In this document: positions 47,309 to 55,787 of the stretch, piece after piece
Layout of the letters: each line of letters begins with the position of its first letter
How positions within the stretch are numbered: position 1 is the first letter of the stretch
Program-made: the position numbers and the translations under genes
DNA from: Candidatus Magasanikbacteria bacterium RIFOXYD1_FULL_40_23
GTDB taxonomy: Bacteria > Patescibacteriota > Patescibacteriia > Magasanikbacterales > GWA2-37-8
Reading direction: 5' to 3'
NCBI GenBank assembly: GCA_001783215.1
Contig: MFRA01000001.1
Location: 157,449-221,448, forward strand
Length of the DNA: 64,000 nt
The notes under the pieces: model-generated
What the model saw: the letters and a program-made list of their open reading frames with translations, nothing else
The model's database searches: none
Told to the model about the DNA's origin: nothing

Positions 47309-47542
47309 CTAGATTTGGCAAACAGCCTGGTTCAGCTTGCAGAACGAACTGACCATCTTGTATGCAAAGTACTGAAACTCTGCAACCGAACCAGCACACA
47401 ACACACCCAGCCAAAACACTGCTACCGAGATGATAACACACCTGGCGATGTTATTGGAAATGCGCGTAAGGCTTGATTCTTGCCGAAGGTACGGGTACAT
47501 GGAGAACCCCCTGTTTGACTTTAGGGATTTTGAAGCTGCCAC
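47309..47542 (-). CDS. possible small membrane protein (GTG start); competes with + ORF 47231..47476
   Basis: Contains a TM-like segment CVIISVAVFWLGVLCAGSV. The strand assignment is uncertain. Confidence 0.2.
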   Translation of the reverse strand: MAASKSLKSNRGFSMYPYLRQESSLTRISNNIARCVIISVAVFWLGVLCAGSVAEFQYFAYKMVSSFCKLNQAVCQI

Positions 47543-48267
47543 GAATCGGCTGCTCTGTACTTACAAACAACTGGTGACCAGAGCGGCTTTCTCACGGAGC
47601 TGAGAGTGTGAAGCATAGTACCTCGACCATCGCATTCATCTGGAAAGCGCTCGCCACTCATCTCCGCTTTTAGCTTGGCAACCTCTTCTGCGCCCAGCTG
47701 CTTCTCCAGCTCTGGCGAAAACCGAACTTCTTGCTCGGTCTCAACAGCAGATGACATCTGCGCTTCCATAATCACACGTCTTTCCTCGAGCTCTTTGGCC
47801 TGACCATCGGAATGGCTGAGCCTAACCGGACCGCAATATGATTCATAAGCCAGATTACTACAGGCTCTTTCCTTCATATCTCGACGGACAATGAACTCCA
47901 CCTCTTCGGTATAACGTGGAACACGACCACTGAACGAGCCGTCTTGGTGCCTTACCGGCAGCATCGTTACGGTGTATGAACGCCCATCATATTGGTAGCG
48001 CATTTCCACCAAAAACGGAATTTCCTTACCTGAGAACCTGTTCTGGTAAGGTTTCTCCAACACCTGAAGAGTATAAGTTTCAACATCATACCCATCAAGA
48101 TTGCCAGGATCCAAACGTTGATCCAAGCGTACTGTCTGCCTACAAGAATCGCTCTTGCAAACATTCTGTCCGTTAGGACCAGCACAGCCACAGCTATACA
48201 ACATGATAGCTAGGCCAATAAGGATAGAAACCAAAGTAATCAGCAGTCTGCGCATCGACATGGCCAT
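47521..48267 (-). CDS. hypothetical secreted/anchored protein
   Basis: GGAGG RBS before ATGGCCATG (MAMSMRRLLITLVSILIGLAIMLYSCGCAG). GC is above background. The track began it at 48345. Confidence 0.5.
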   Translation of the reverse strand: MAMSMRRLLITLVSILIGLAIMLYSCGCAGPNGQNVCKSDSCRQTVRLDQRLDPGNLDGYDVETYTLQVLEKPYQNRFSGKEIPFLVEMRYQYDGRSYTVTMLPVRHQDGSFSGRVPRYTEEVEFIVRRDMKERACSNLAYESYCGPVRLSHSDGQAKELEERRVIMEAQMSSAVETEQEVRFSPELEKQLGAEEVAKLKAEMSGERFPDECDGRGTMLHTLSSVRKPLWSPVVCKYRAADSWQLQNP

Positions 48268-48486
48268 TGCCTCCGTACTCCCCTTTTGCTGGGAAGATTT
48301 GTTTGGTACTACATGCGTAGAGCACTTACTCCAACGCACATACAAACAATCAATTTAAATTACTTGTATGTGCGTTAGAATTTTAAATTTTTAAATAACA
48401 AATACTTTCTCAACCATCTCTATTTTTAATAAAGATGATAATTGAAAGTGCGAAATATCTCGCACCGTATTTAAAGAGCAAATCGA

Positions 48487-48978
48487 TCACTTGAGCAACC
48501 TCACTTTTGGCAATTCCGGACGCTCTCCAGGATACCAAGCTGATGGGTCACAGAACATATCGATATATTCTACTCCGTCATAGTAGAATCGCTTTGCCAA
48601 CGATTCAAGAAAACACTGCGCAATTTCACGTAAATGCGGATTGTCCGAAAACAACTCACACTTCAATGGCCCTTTGGAATCATAGCGGCGGTCTCCTCCA
48701 AACACATCCTCCTGTGGCTTTGGTATCACAGCACCCGTGATGCGTAAAACATTTCGGCGCACAGTCTTTTCCCACAAGAATGGCCACCGACCACACCGCC
48801 TTGTTTTTCCAACCTGGAATGTGTAAATAACACTATCATCCAAGGTTTTTCTCGTTATTTCACCAACCCCTTCATAGTCTTTGAGATACAAACTAAACGA
48901 GTAGCAAATAAGTTCCGTGGCCAATTTAATTTCATCTATCCTCGAAAGCGCTTCTTTATCCGAAAGAAGATTTGACAT
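48487..48978 (-). CDS. hypothetical protein
   Basis: AAGGGTGG RBS before the ATG at 48978 (MSNLLSDKE...). The track used a GTG at 48987. Confidence 0.45.
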   Translation of the reverse strand: MSNLLSDKEALSRIDEIKLATELICYSFSLYLKDYEGVGEITRKTLDDSVIYTFQVGKTRRCGRWPFLWEKTVRRNVLRITGAVIPKPQEDVFGGDRRYDSKGPLKCELFSDNPHLREIAQCFLESLAKRFYYDGVEYIDMFCDPSAWYPGERPELPKVRLLK

Positions 48979-49133
48979 TATTACCACCCTTCCGAAATGT
49001 GATTAACCCAAATTGCTCGGGTAAATGTTCCGCTTATTTAGCGGATGGATTAAATTAACATAAAAAATATAAGCTGTCAAAGCTGGACACTTAATATGTT
49101 TTTTTGATACTATTAGGCCCAAAGGAGAACGAC

Positions 49134-49298
49134 ATGGAAACTGCAGAGGTAAGTTTCTGGGTGCTGATGCTTGTCGCGGCTTTATTTGCAATTTCTGGCA
49201 TGAACGGCAACAGAAGTTCTGCGGTAGTGGCTGCTGTAGCAACTACTGCTGCGATCGCTCTTGTAATCGCAATCCACATTACTGTAGCTCTACGATAA
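49134..49298 (+). CDS. small membrane protein (54 aa)
   Basis: AAAGGAGAA RBS before the ATG at 49134. METAEVSFWVLMLVAALFAISGMNG... has two hydrophobic helices. Confidence 0.4.
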   Translation: METAEVSFWVLMLVAALFAISGMNGNRSSAVVAAVATTAAIALVIAIHITVALR

Positions 49299-49319
49299 AA
49301 CAATTGTTCTTTGCGCTAA

Positions 49320-49352
49320 AGTACGGCCCGCTGACGGTCGTACTATTTTTTG
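49320..49352 (+). terminator. intrinsic terminator
   Basis: AGTACGgcccgctgacggtCGTACT followed by attttttgcc. Confidence 0.5.
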
Positions 49353-49366
49353 CCTAACAATAAAAT

Positions 49367-49825
49367 TTGTGCTATTGTTTGCCTATGTCCCTTGCCGAAA
49401 ATAAAAAAGCTTTTTTTGACTATGAAATCCTAGAGAAAATCGAGGCTGGTTTAAAGTTGACAGGGCAAGAAGTAAAATCCGCTAAAGCTGGCCAAATAAA
49501 CCTAAAAGGCACTTTCGTCACCTTTCATAACGGCGAAGCCTACGTAACAAACATGCATATAAACAAATACAAAGCCGCAGGCCCTATGCCAGACTATGAC
49601 CCTACTCATTCTCGCCAATTACTCCTACGCAAGAAACAAATCGCTTATTTACAGGCAAAATCCCATGAAAAGGGCTTGACAATTATGCCTTTATCCGTGT
49701 ATACTAAGGGACGATTGATAAAGATTGAAATCGCTGTAGCTAGAGGAAAAAAGTTATACGACAAAAGAGAATCAATCAAAAATCGAGAACTCAAAAGAGA
49801 GCTTGATCGAGCGAGAAAAAACTAA
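49367..49825 (+). CDS. smpB: SsrA-binding protein SmpB
   Basis: ...KKAFFDYEILEKIEAGLKLTGQEVKS...GKKLYDKRESIKNRELKRELDRA is typical of SmpB. The likely start is an internal Met (MSLAENKK). Confidence 0.85.
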   Translation: MCYCLPMSLAENKKAFFDYEILEKIEAGLKLTGQEVKSAKAGQINLKGTFVTFHNGEAYVTNMHINKYKAAGPMPDYDPTHSRQLLLRKKQIAYLQAKSHEKGLTIMPLSVYTKGRLIKIEIAVARGKKLYDKRESIKNRELKRELDRARKN

Positions 49826-49826
49826 A

Positions 49827-50220
49827 GGGGGTGCCGGGCTTCGATAGAGGCTGCTGGCTACGCTGGCATACCGAGGAAGCTCTGATCCTCGTAAATCACA
49901 AAGAGCAACATAATAAGTGCAAACTTGTTATCAAAAGCTAAAGTTGCTGTAGCAAATTTATTTGCTGTCAGAGCTTTCGCTCCGGTAATGGCTTAATAGC
50001 CTGTTACCCATCGCGCCGATAATACTCAGTAATCGAACCGCGGTGTCATTAACTGAGAGTAGCTAATATGGAGCGCCGACTGTATATTAGTGAAGTTACC
50101 CGGCTCGTCAATCCAATTTTCGTCCTCTTTTATCGGGTTGATTAAATAACAAGAGACACTAAGTATGTAGAAGGTTTAGTCAAAGTTATCTACACGCGAG
50201 TTCAACTCTCGCCACCTCCA
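49827..50220 (+). ncRNA. ssrA: tmRNA (ssrA), 394 nt
   Basis: Begins GGGGGUGCCGGGCUUCGA 1 nt after the smpB stop. GCAUACCGAGG...CCUCGUAAA and the tag ORF with GCAAAC resume codon and UAAUAG double stop parallel E. coli tmRNA. T-arm GCGAGuucaacuCUCGC. Acceptor GGGGGUG/CACCUCC with discriminator A. Confidence 0.75.
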
Positions 50221-50303
50221 CTGTGTCGCGCCGAAGCTTTAGCGGAGGCGGACAACAAAATTAAACAGTCGCCTTCGCCTTTTAGGGCTTCGGCGTACCA
50301 AGT

Positions 50304-50849
50304 ATGCGTATATCCCACAAAAAACATAAACCAGAACCAAAACGAACGTACTTTTTTAATTTAGGTATTACCGTACCCGAAGTAATGGTCTTGGATAATG
50401 ATGGAACAAATTTAGGAGTAATGGCACCAGCCGAAGGATTAAAGCTTGCCAAAGAGCAAGAGCTAGATCTGGTTCTTATCAACCCTAAATCTACTCCACC
50501 AGTAGCCAAAATTATTGACTTTGGACAATTCAAATACCAACAAGAAAAAGAAGAACGATTGAAACTGGCTCATGCGCACGTCACCGAGGTAAAGACTGTC
50601 CGACTTTCATTGCGCATCAGTCCACACGATATGGAAATTCGCCAAAATCAAACTATTCAATTTTTAAACGAAGGCGACAAAGTAAAAGCGGAAATAATCC
50701 TAAAGGGAAGAGAAATGCAGCAAAAACCGATGGCTGCCGCTGTAGTAGAAAAATTTATAAACAACGTTAACGCAGCTTTACCAATCAGAAAAGACCAAGA
50801 GATAGAACACCAGTTCAATAAGGTAACTGCCATAATTGCCAAAAAGTAA
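50304..50849 (+). CDS. infC: translation initiation factor IF-3
   Basis: EVMVLDNDGTNLGVMAPAEGLKLAKEQELDLVLINPKSTPPVAKIIDFGQFKYQ... matches IF-3. The infC-rpmI-rplT order is conserved. Confidence 0.85.
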   Translation: MRISHKKHKPEPKRTYFFNLGITVPEVMVLDNDGTNLGVMAPAEGLKLAKEQELDLVLINPKSTPPVAKIIDFGQFKYQQEKEERLKLAHAHVTEVKTVRLSLRISPHDMEIRQNQTIQFLNEGDKVKAEIILKGREMQQKPMAAAVVEKFINNVNAALPIRKDQEIEHQFNKVTAIIAKK

Positions 50850-50906
50850 AAGATTGTCTTCCTTAGCAGAAGCTGTCTCTAAAAAAATAATTTTTATTAG
50901 AATACT

Positions 50907-51101
50907 ATGCCAAAAATGAAAACACACAAGGCTACAGCCAAAAGATACAAACTTACCAAAAAAGGTAAAATCATAAAGCGTACCGCTGGACAAAACCATT
51001 TTAACGCTCGTGAAAACGGCAATACTGGCCGCAACAAAAAATCAGATGTAATTGCCAGCACAACCCTAAACCGAGTAATGAAAACTAATCTACCTAATTA
51101 A
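50907..51101 (+). CDS. rpmI: 50S ribosomal protein L35
   Basis: MPKMKTHKATAKRYKLTKKGKI... Confidence 0.9.
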   Translation: MPKMKTHKATAKRYKLTKKGKIIKRTAGQNHFNARENGNTGRNKKSDVIASTTLNRVMKTNLPN

Positions 51102-51171
51102 CATAACTCAAGATACACGCATCACTATTCACTATGAATCATGCTGTGTGCATCATGTATCATGAAATGAT

Positions 51172-51519
51172 ATGACAAGAATTAAAGGTGGTTTACTCCA
51201 CGCAAAACGCAGACGAGGAATTTTAAAACATACCAAAGGTTTCCGCTGGGGCAGAAAATCCAAAATCAAGTTGGCAAAACCTGCCAAAATGAAAGCTGGC
51301 CAATATGCCTTCAATGATCGCAAGATTAAAAAGCGCACAAACCGCGGAGTATGGAATATCAAAATCAATGCTGCTGTACGAGAATTCGGTTTAAGCTACA
51401 GTCGCTTGATAGACGCAATGAAAAAAAGCAATGTTGCTATCGATAGAAAAATCTTGGCAACACTTGCCGAACACCACAAAGCTGTTTTTGCCAAAGTAGT
51501 TGAAGCTGTAAAGAAGTAG
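51172..51519 (+). CDS. rplT: 50S ribosomal protein L20
   Basis: MTRIKGGLLHAKRRRGILKHTKGFRWGRKSK... Confidence 0.9.
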   Translation: MTRIKGGLLHAKRRRGILKHTKGFRWGRKSKIKLAKPAKMKAGQYAFNDRKIKKRTNRGVWNIKINAAVREFGLSYSRLIDAMKKSNVAIDRKILATLAEHHKAVFAKVVEAVKK

Positions 51520-51598
51520 TCCACAAGCACAATCTTGACAAAAACTGCAAAATTAGTAATATATACTCAAAATTAAAACTCCTTAAGGCCCCGACAAT

Positions 51599-51670
51599 GC
51601 GTGGTATAAGGAGGAAACGTACCCTCCTTCGTTTCCTCTCCTCTTACCACGCACTGTCTGGGTCTTTTTG
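51599..51670 (+). terminator. long stem-loop terminator after rplT
   Basis: GCGTGGTAtaAGGAGGAAACGtaccctcctt CGTTTCCTCtCCTctTACCACGC, then ...ggtctttttg. Confidence 0.5.
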
Positions 51671-51746
51671 ATTTAATGATGGCGGATATACAAATAAACA
51701 ACCGCCCAACACATAGTGCTAAGCGGCCAATAATCTTCCCCTTTAA

Positions 51747-53099
51747 TTATTCCTGTTCGGAATGCCAGCGGTGTACCGCCCTTGCCCAAGCTTTTTCAAA
51801 CTGAGGCGTAATATTTTGCGGATTTTCTACCCAGTACAACTGGAACCGATGGTAGTTTACTCTTTTCTTAAACGATTCTTCAAGCACCGCGCTTTGCACA
51901 GGGAATCCCAGACTATACGGCACAGCCTTGCCATATCTATCCAATACATTGTATTTGTCTGTTTTGGATTTACTGATCTGAAAATCTCCTGGGTCGACTA
52001 CCAAAGTAAAACAACCTTTGGCACGCAGTTCGTTTTCACACTCCAAGAGATCTTTCTTGAAATCAAACTCTCTTCGCATAGGCCAGCCACCCAACAAATC
52101 TAGGTTAAACACAGCGTCGCTTGGCCAACCAAAAACATCTTCAACTATGTTCCAAAGCCAAGCATCATCCTGCTTTAGCAAACCTTTCAGATCTACCATT
52201 CCCTCCTCTACCAAATACGGGTAAACTACTTTGTGCATCAATAGCTCCAAGAATTTCGTGGCTGGGGTGTTATACACTCCACCCCACAACAAAGCTCTCA
52301 GCCAAAGAAAGTTTTCCAGGACTTCCGGCTTAAGAACAACAACTTTGTCATCCACTAAATGAGTATAATGCCAAATATCCCATGGATTATCATTGGCAAA
52401 ACTCAAGATTTTACCAAAATTTTCAACTCCATGCCGATTGGCAATCCTGGAGATTTCTGCCAAATCACCCAACATATAACTGGCTGTATCGGCTATCTCT
52501 TGGATTTGCCCACGCAAACCATTGCCCCACACAATTGATTGCACTTCTTTTAGTGTGACGTGAGCATTTAGGCCATGACGCTTACAGAGTTTTCTCCATT
52601 CCTTCCCATTTAGCTGTAACATTTTCTGCATAAACCCATCGTCTTCATCACACATGCTCAACTGTCCAGCCATAGCTTTTTGCTGATTGGCAGACTTCCA
52701 CGAATCTCCACCCGAAAGTAACCACATATCGTGCAAAAGAGCAGCAAGTTGCCCAACAACCAACTCTCGCTCACCCACCCTAACTTTGGCGCCAATCAGC
52801 TGAAATATAGCTGCCGCTAGAAGTGAGTGATTCCAACGAGTATGGCAAAAAGTATGCGGCCCCACAAAAGGATTTGCCGTTTCTCCAATCAAAGCCCAGC
52901 TAATAAGTTGGAGCTGGTTTCTTCCTTTCAAGCTTCTATCCAAGCCTAGCAAATGAATAGCATCTGATAGCAGGCCCGAACTAAAGGAGAAAGATACGCT
53001 CCTATCGAGAGGCAAGACACCCTTTTGAGATACAGACTCACCTGAGAGCAGCGCAATGCCGCTCTCAAGGCCTTTTTTGTCCCTGGTCTTGATTGACAT
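51747..53099 (-). CDS. HD-domain phosphohydrolase (dNTP triphosphohydrolase-like)
   Basis: HD motif pair ...CHTRWNHSLLAAAI... and ...LAALLHDMW.... Confidence 0.55.
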   Translation of the reverse strand: MSIKTRDKKGLESGIALLSGESVSQKGVLPLDRSVSFSFSSGLLSDAIHLLGLDRSLKGRNQLQLISWALIGETANPFVGPHTFCHTRWNHSLLAAAIFQLIGAKVRVGERELVVGQLAALLHDMWLLSGGDSWKSANQQKAMAGQLSMCDEDDGFMQKMLQLNGKEWRKLCKRHGLNAHVTLKEVQSIVWGNGLRGQIQEIADTASYMLGDLAEISRIANRHGVENFGKILSFANDNPWDIWHYTHLVDDKVVVLKPEVLENFLWLRALLWGGVYNTPATKFLELLMHKVVYPYLVEEGMVDLKGLLKQDDAWLWNIVEDVFGWPSDAVFNLDLLGGWPMRREFDFKKDLLECENELRAKGCFTLVVDPGDFQISKSKTDKYNVLDRYGKAVPYSLGFPVQSAVLEESFKKRVNYHRFQLYWVENPQNITPQFEKAWARAVHRWHSEQE

Positions 53100-53171
53100 T
53101 TCGCATTACTCCTCTGGTTGTGAGTTGTAAAACAACAAAAATTGACTAACTATATTATAGCCAATTACAAA

Positions 53172-53201
53172 ACAAAAATCCCACCCTTTGTAAAGGTGGG
53201 A
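53172..53201 (-). terminator. intrinsic terminator of 53222..53731
   Basis: Minus strand: CCCACCtttacaaagGGTGGGattttt. Confidence 0.55.
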
Positions 53202-53221
53202 CCATTGTATTGAAGTTTTTA

Positions 53222-53731
53222 TTACGGAGTTGTGCTAGCAGAAGGGGTGGTGGTAGGGGTAGGAGTAGAAGTTGGACTTGGGGTGGTAGTTGGGGCTGGT
53301 GGAACTACCAATAATTTCCTAGCTTCTTTTAGAGCTGCTTGGTAAGCTCTGTTGGCTGCCAATATAGCGGCTCTATGTTCGGCTTGAGCTTTTTTAACAG
53401 CTGCCTGATAGGCTGCGTTTCTGGCTCTGCGTTCCGCGTCTTTTCTTTTTAATTCTGCTTTTCGCGCTTCAACTTTTGCTTTTCGTTCTGCAAGCAATTT
53501 TTCCTGTTGTTCTTTTTTTGCTTCTCTAGTATTTTTTACTTCTTCCTGCTTTTTTTCCATTTCTATCTTTTGAGCTGTGCGTAAGTTTTTCATCTCTTCT
53601 ACTTTTTTTTCATAAGCCTCTCTGGCATTGATGCTGGTTGTCATAGCATCAGTTTCTTCTGCGCTGACCAAAGAAGGAACAACGGAGAACATGACTGCCG
53701 CCATCAAAAAAATTGATAGAAACTTCTTCAT
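53222..53731 (-). CDS. secreted K/E/A-rich coiled-coil protein with Thr/Pro-rich C-terminal tail
   Basis: Signal peptide MKKFLSIFLMAAVMFSVVPSLVSA. C-terminal tail PPAPTTTPSPTSTPTPTTTPSASTTP. The start codon abuts a leader element. Confidence 0.55.
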   Translation of the reverse strand: MKKFLSIFLMAAVMFSVVPSLVSAEETDAMTTSINAREAYEKKVEEMKNLRTAQKIEMEKKQEEVKNTREAKKEQQEKLLAERKAKVEARKAELKRKDAERRARNAAYQAAVKKAQAEHRAAILAANRAYQAALKEARKLLVVPPAPTTTPSPTSTPTPTTTPSASTTP

Positions 53732-53805
53732 ATACGAAATGAGTGAGAGAAATAATCAAATGTTGTTGATTATTTCCGAGCGAATGAGTATATATGGGCT
53801 TTAGC
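53732..53805 (-). promoter_or_regulatory. ACTCATTYCG leader element abutting the start of 53222..53731
   Basis: Minus strand: cCACTCATTTCattaTATGGGCTaaAGCCCATATAtACTCATTCGCTCGgaaataatcaacaacatttgattatttctCTCACTCATTTCGTAT-ATG. The palindrome is perfect. Confidence 0.45.
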
Positions 53806-54020
53806 CCATATAATGAAATGAGTGGGCGTAGTAATTAAATACGCTTATCATTATATTAAATAAATAAATTTATATTTAAATTTTAACATACCAGCTAGCA
53901 TTTCGCAACTACCTAAATTTTGTAGTAGCTACGAAATACAGACGAAGCTTACGATAGCGGGTGGAGATCTTTTTTTCACCACCTTCTGACTGGCTTCGTC
54001 AATGTTTATCTCCTTTTCAT

Positions 54021-54239
54021 TCATCGGCGCGGGCCACGCATACGCCCAAGCACTGTTACCCTTAGAATCTTATACCACTCACCTACCGGTGGACCGTCTC
54101 GCAAAGCGATATCGCACAAACACTCCCGCTCGAGCTCTTCTAGAAGTTCGGAACTTTCCAATGTCGCTGCAAAAGCCTTAAGGTTGGTTGGATTATTTCT
54201 GTTAGAATCCACAAAGTGACGCTGACCTGTTGAAAGCAT
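54021..54239 (-). CDS. hypothetical small protein
   Basis: AGGAGGA RBS 5 nt before the ATG. 72-aa ORF. Confidence 0.45.
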   Translation of the reverse strand: MLSTGQRHFVDSNRNNPTNLKAFAATLESSELLEELERECLCDIALRDGPPVGEWYKILRVTVLGRMRGPRR

Positions 54240-54435
54240 GGCTGTCCTCCTAATAAAAGTATAGCACTTAAATAAAAAAATTGACAGTGCTTAGGTTATA
54301 TAATAGACTAAAAATATAATTCGATGCGAATATAAGCAATTATTTAATTATAATTATTTACATACGCGTTGAATTCTAAAAAACAAAACGTGTAGGCTTG
54401 ACCCTGCCAAAATGGGTACAGAAGGGTGTCGCGCC

Positions 54436-54756
54436 ATGAATCCCCTAACCCGAGAAGTTAACCCTCCAAGGTGGAGACTTAACCTTGCTAGCGCCTCGCT
54501 CTTCCATAGAGCCAAACCCTTTGCAAATGTTGCTCTGTACGTACTGCTGGTCTCTGGACTGGCCTGCAGCTTCCTCGCCCTTTTTCACCATATGACTACC
54601 AGGCCCGTGCCGACTTTTTTTCACGGCATGAACCATGCATTCATCATCTACCCACAGAACCAGTACGCACTTCTTCCATCCACGATACGCCTACAAGCAG
54701 GCTACGCATCGCACAACAAACGACTGAGAACTACAATCTTCTCAGACAATCATTAA
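54436..54756 (+). CDS. possible small membrane protein (alternatively a structured non-coding transcript)
   Basis: GAAGGGTG RBS-like tract before the ATG at 54436 (MNPLTREV...) and one TM segment. A strong terminator immediately follows. Coding status is uncertain. Confidence 0.25.
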   Translation: MNPLTREVNPPRWRLNLASASLFHRAKPFANVALYVLLVSGLACSFLALFHHMTTRPVPTFFHGMNHAFIIYPQNQYALLPSTIRLQAGYASHNKRLRTTIFSDNH

Positions 54757-54781
54757 AGGCCATTCAATGGCCGTTTTTTTT
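54755..54781 (+). terminator. intrinsic terminator
   Basis: aaaGGCCATTcAATGGCCgtttttttt. Confidence 0.6.
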
Positions 54782-54943
54782 ACTCACGCTCTCGGTATCA
54801 CCGAGGGCAATTTTTTTAATATATGGGCTTTGCATAAAAAATATTAGCTACACTATATTTTCTCATTCATTCAGAAATAGCCAGGCTCAATATTTATATC
54901 TTGCAAGCAGTCTATAAACATCTCACTGTCTATTTCACTCACT

Positions 54944-55030
54944 CATTTCGAAAATACTAAGGTATTTTTCATACACGCTCGTAAATGAAAATAAATTTTC
55001 ACTTATCTCACTTTGCATAAAAAATAAAAA
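54944..55030 (+). repeat. degenerate copy of the leader-element family
   Basis: CACTCACTCATTTCGaaaatACTAAGGTATTTttcatacacgctcgtaaatgaaaataaattttcacttatctcactttgcataaaaaa. Confidence 0.4.
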
Positions 55031-55137
55031 AGCCACCAACCAATCATACTTCCATCTAGTGAAAATATGGTTGGTATGGTGGTGGCTTTTTTGCAAACAC
55101 CCCATCATACACAGATCGTAAACAGATGTTGCGACGG

Positions 55138-55518
55138 CTACTTAACCGGCGCAGACCAAGTATGCACCCACTTGAATCGTTCCAGCAATTGCTTGCGGTC
55201 CATCTCCCAAATGTCCTTCGGGATAGAGACGCCCATCATCCGAACCAGGTCCGTGATCAACAGAATCAAACCGTACTCGATCTTAGACCAATCATCCCTG
55301 GGTTGCGGCTTCTCAAGGTGAGTAATGAGCTCTGCCAAGGCTTCCACAGGCTTACGTCGCAACTTTTCAGCAGCAATGGAAGCCGTCACACTGTCTGCGA
55401 TAGATGGCCCCTGACACAACCGAAGCTCGCGAATGAACATATTTGCATGCGTCTTCACAAGCACAGCAATCGGAACTTTCATTCTCGTAAACAGGCTAGC
55501 ACTGTCTGTTGTGTACAT
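55138..55518 (-). CDS. putative all-alpha NTP pyrophosphohydrolase (MazG-like) protein
   Basis: ...EALAELITHLEK...EYGLILLITDLVRMMG resembles the EExxE...D...L(I/V)YLLRLA blocks of MazG-like enzymes. GGAGAA RBS before the ATG at 55518. The track TTG is at 55545. Confidence 0.3.
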   Translation of the reverse strand: MYTTDSASLFTRMKVPIAVLVKTHANMFIRELRLCQGPSIADSVTASIAAEKLRRKPVEALAELITHLEKPQPRDDWSKIEYGLILLITDLVRMMGVSIPKDIWEMDRKQLLERFKWVHTWSAPVK

Positions 55519-55668
55519 GATGTTCTCCAATTCTATAACCTGCAATGACCATACTATAAAAATACAAAAAAGTCAATGCTGGACAAAAAAACACCGTTAT
55601 TTATGCGGTATTTTTATTGGCGGAGAGTAAGGGGCGAAGTGGAAACTTGAGCTAATATTAATTATTAA

Positions 55669-55745
55669 AAATACCAAGGTATTTTCTTCACACGTTCAGA
55701 AATTAAAATAAATTTTATTTCATTCACTTTGCTTGAAAATAAAAG
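55669..55745 (+). repeat. degenerate copy of the leader-element family
   Basis: ACCAAGGTATTTtcttcacacgttcagaaattaaaataaattttatttcattcactttgcttgaaaataaaagcc. Confidence 0.4.
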
Positions 55746-55787
55746 CCGCACCAGTGTATTGGCGCAGCCGTAACGAAAAACGAATGA

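Noticed and set aside
54400-54781. RNase P RNA or SRP RNA candidate
   Set aside because: The universally conserved RNase P blocks (AGGAAAGUCCGGGCUCCAUAG, GUGNAA, ACAGAACCCGGCUUA) and the SRP domain IV motif are absent. Only short chance similarities (ACAGAACCAG, CCAUAGAGCC) were seen.
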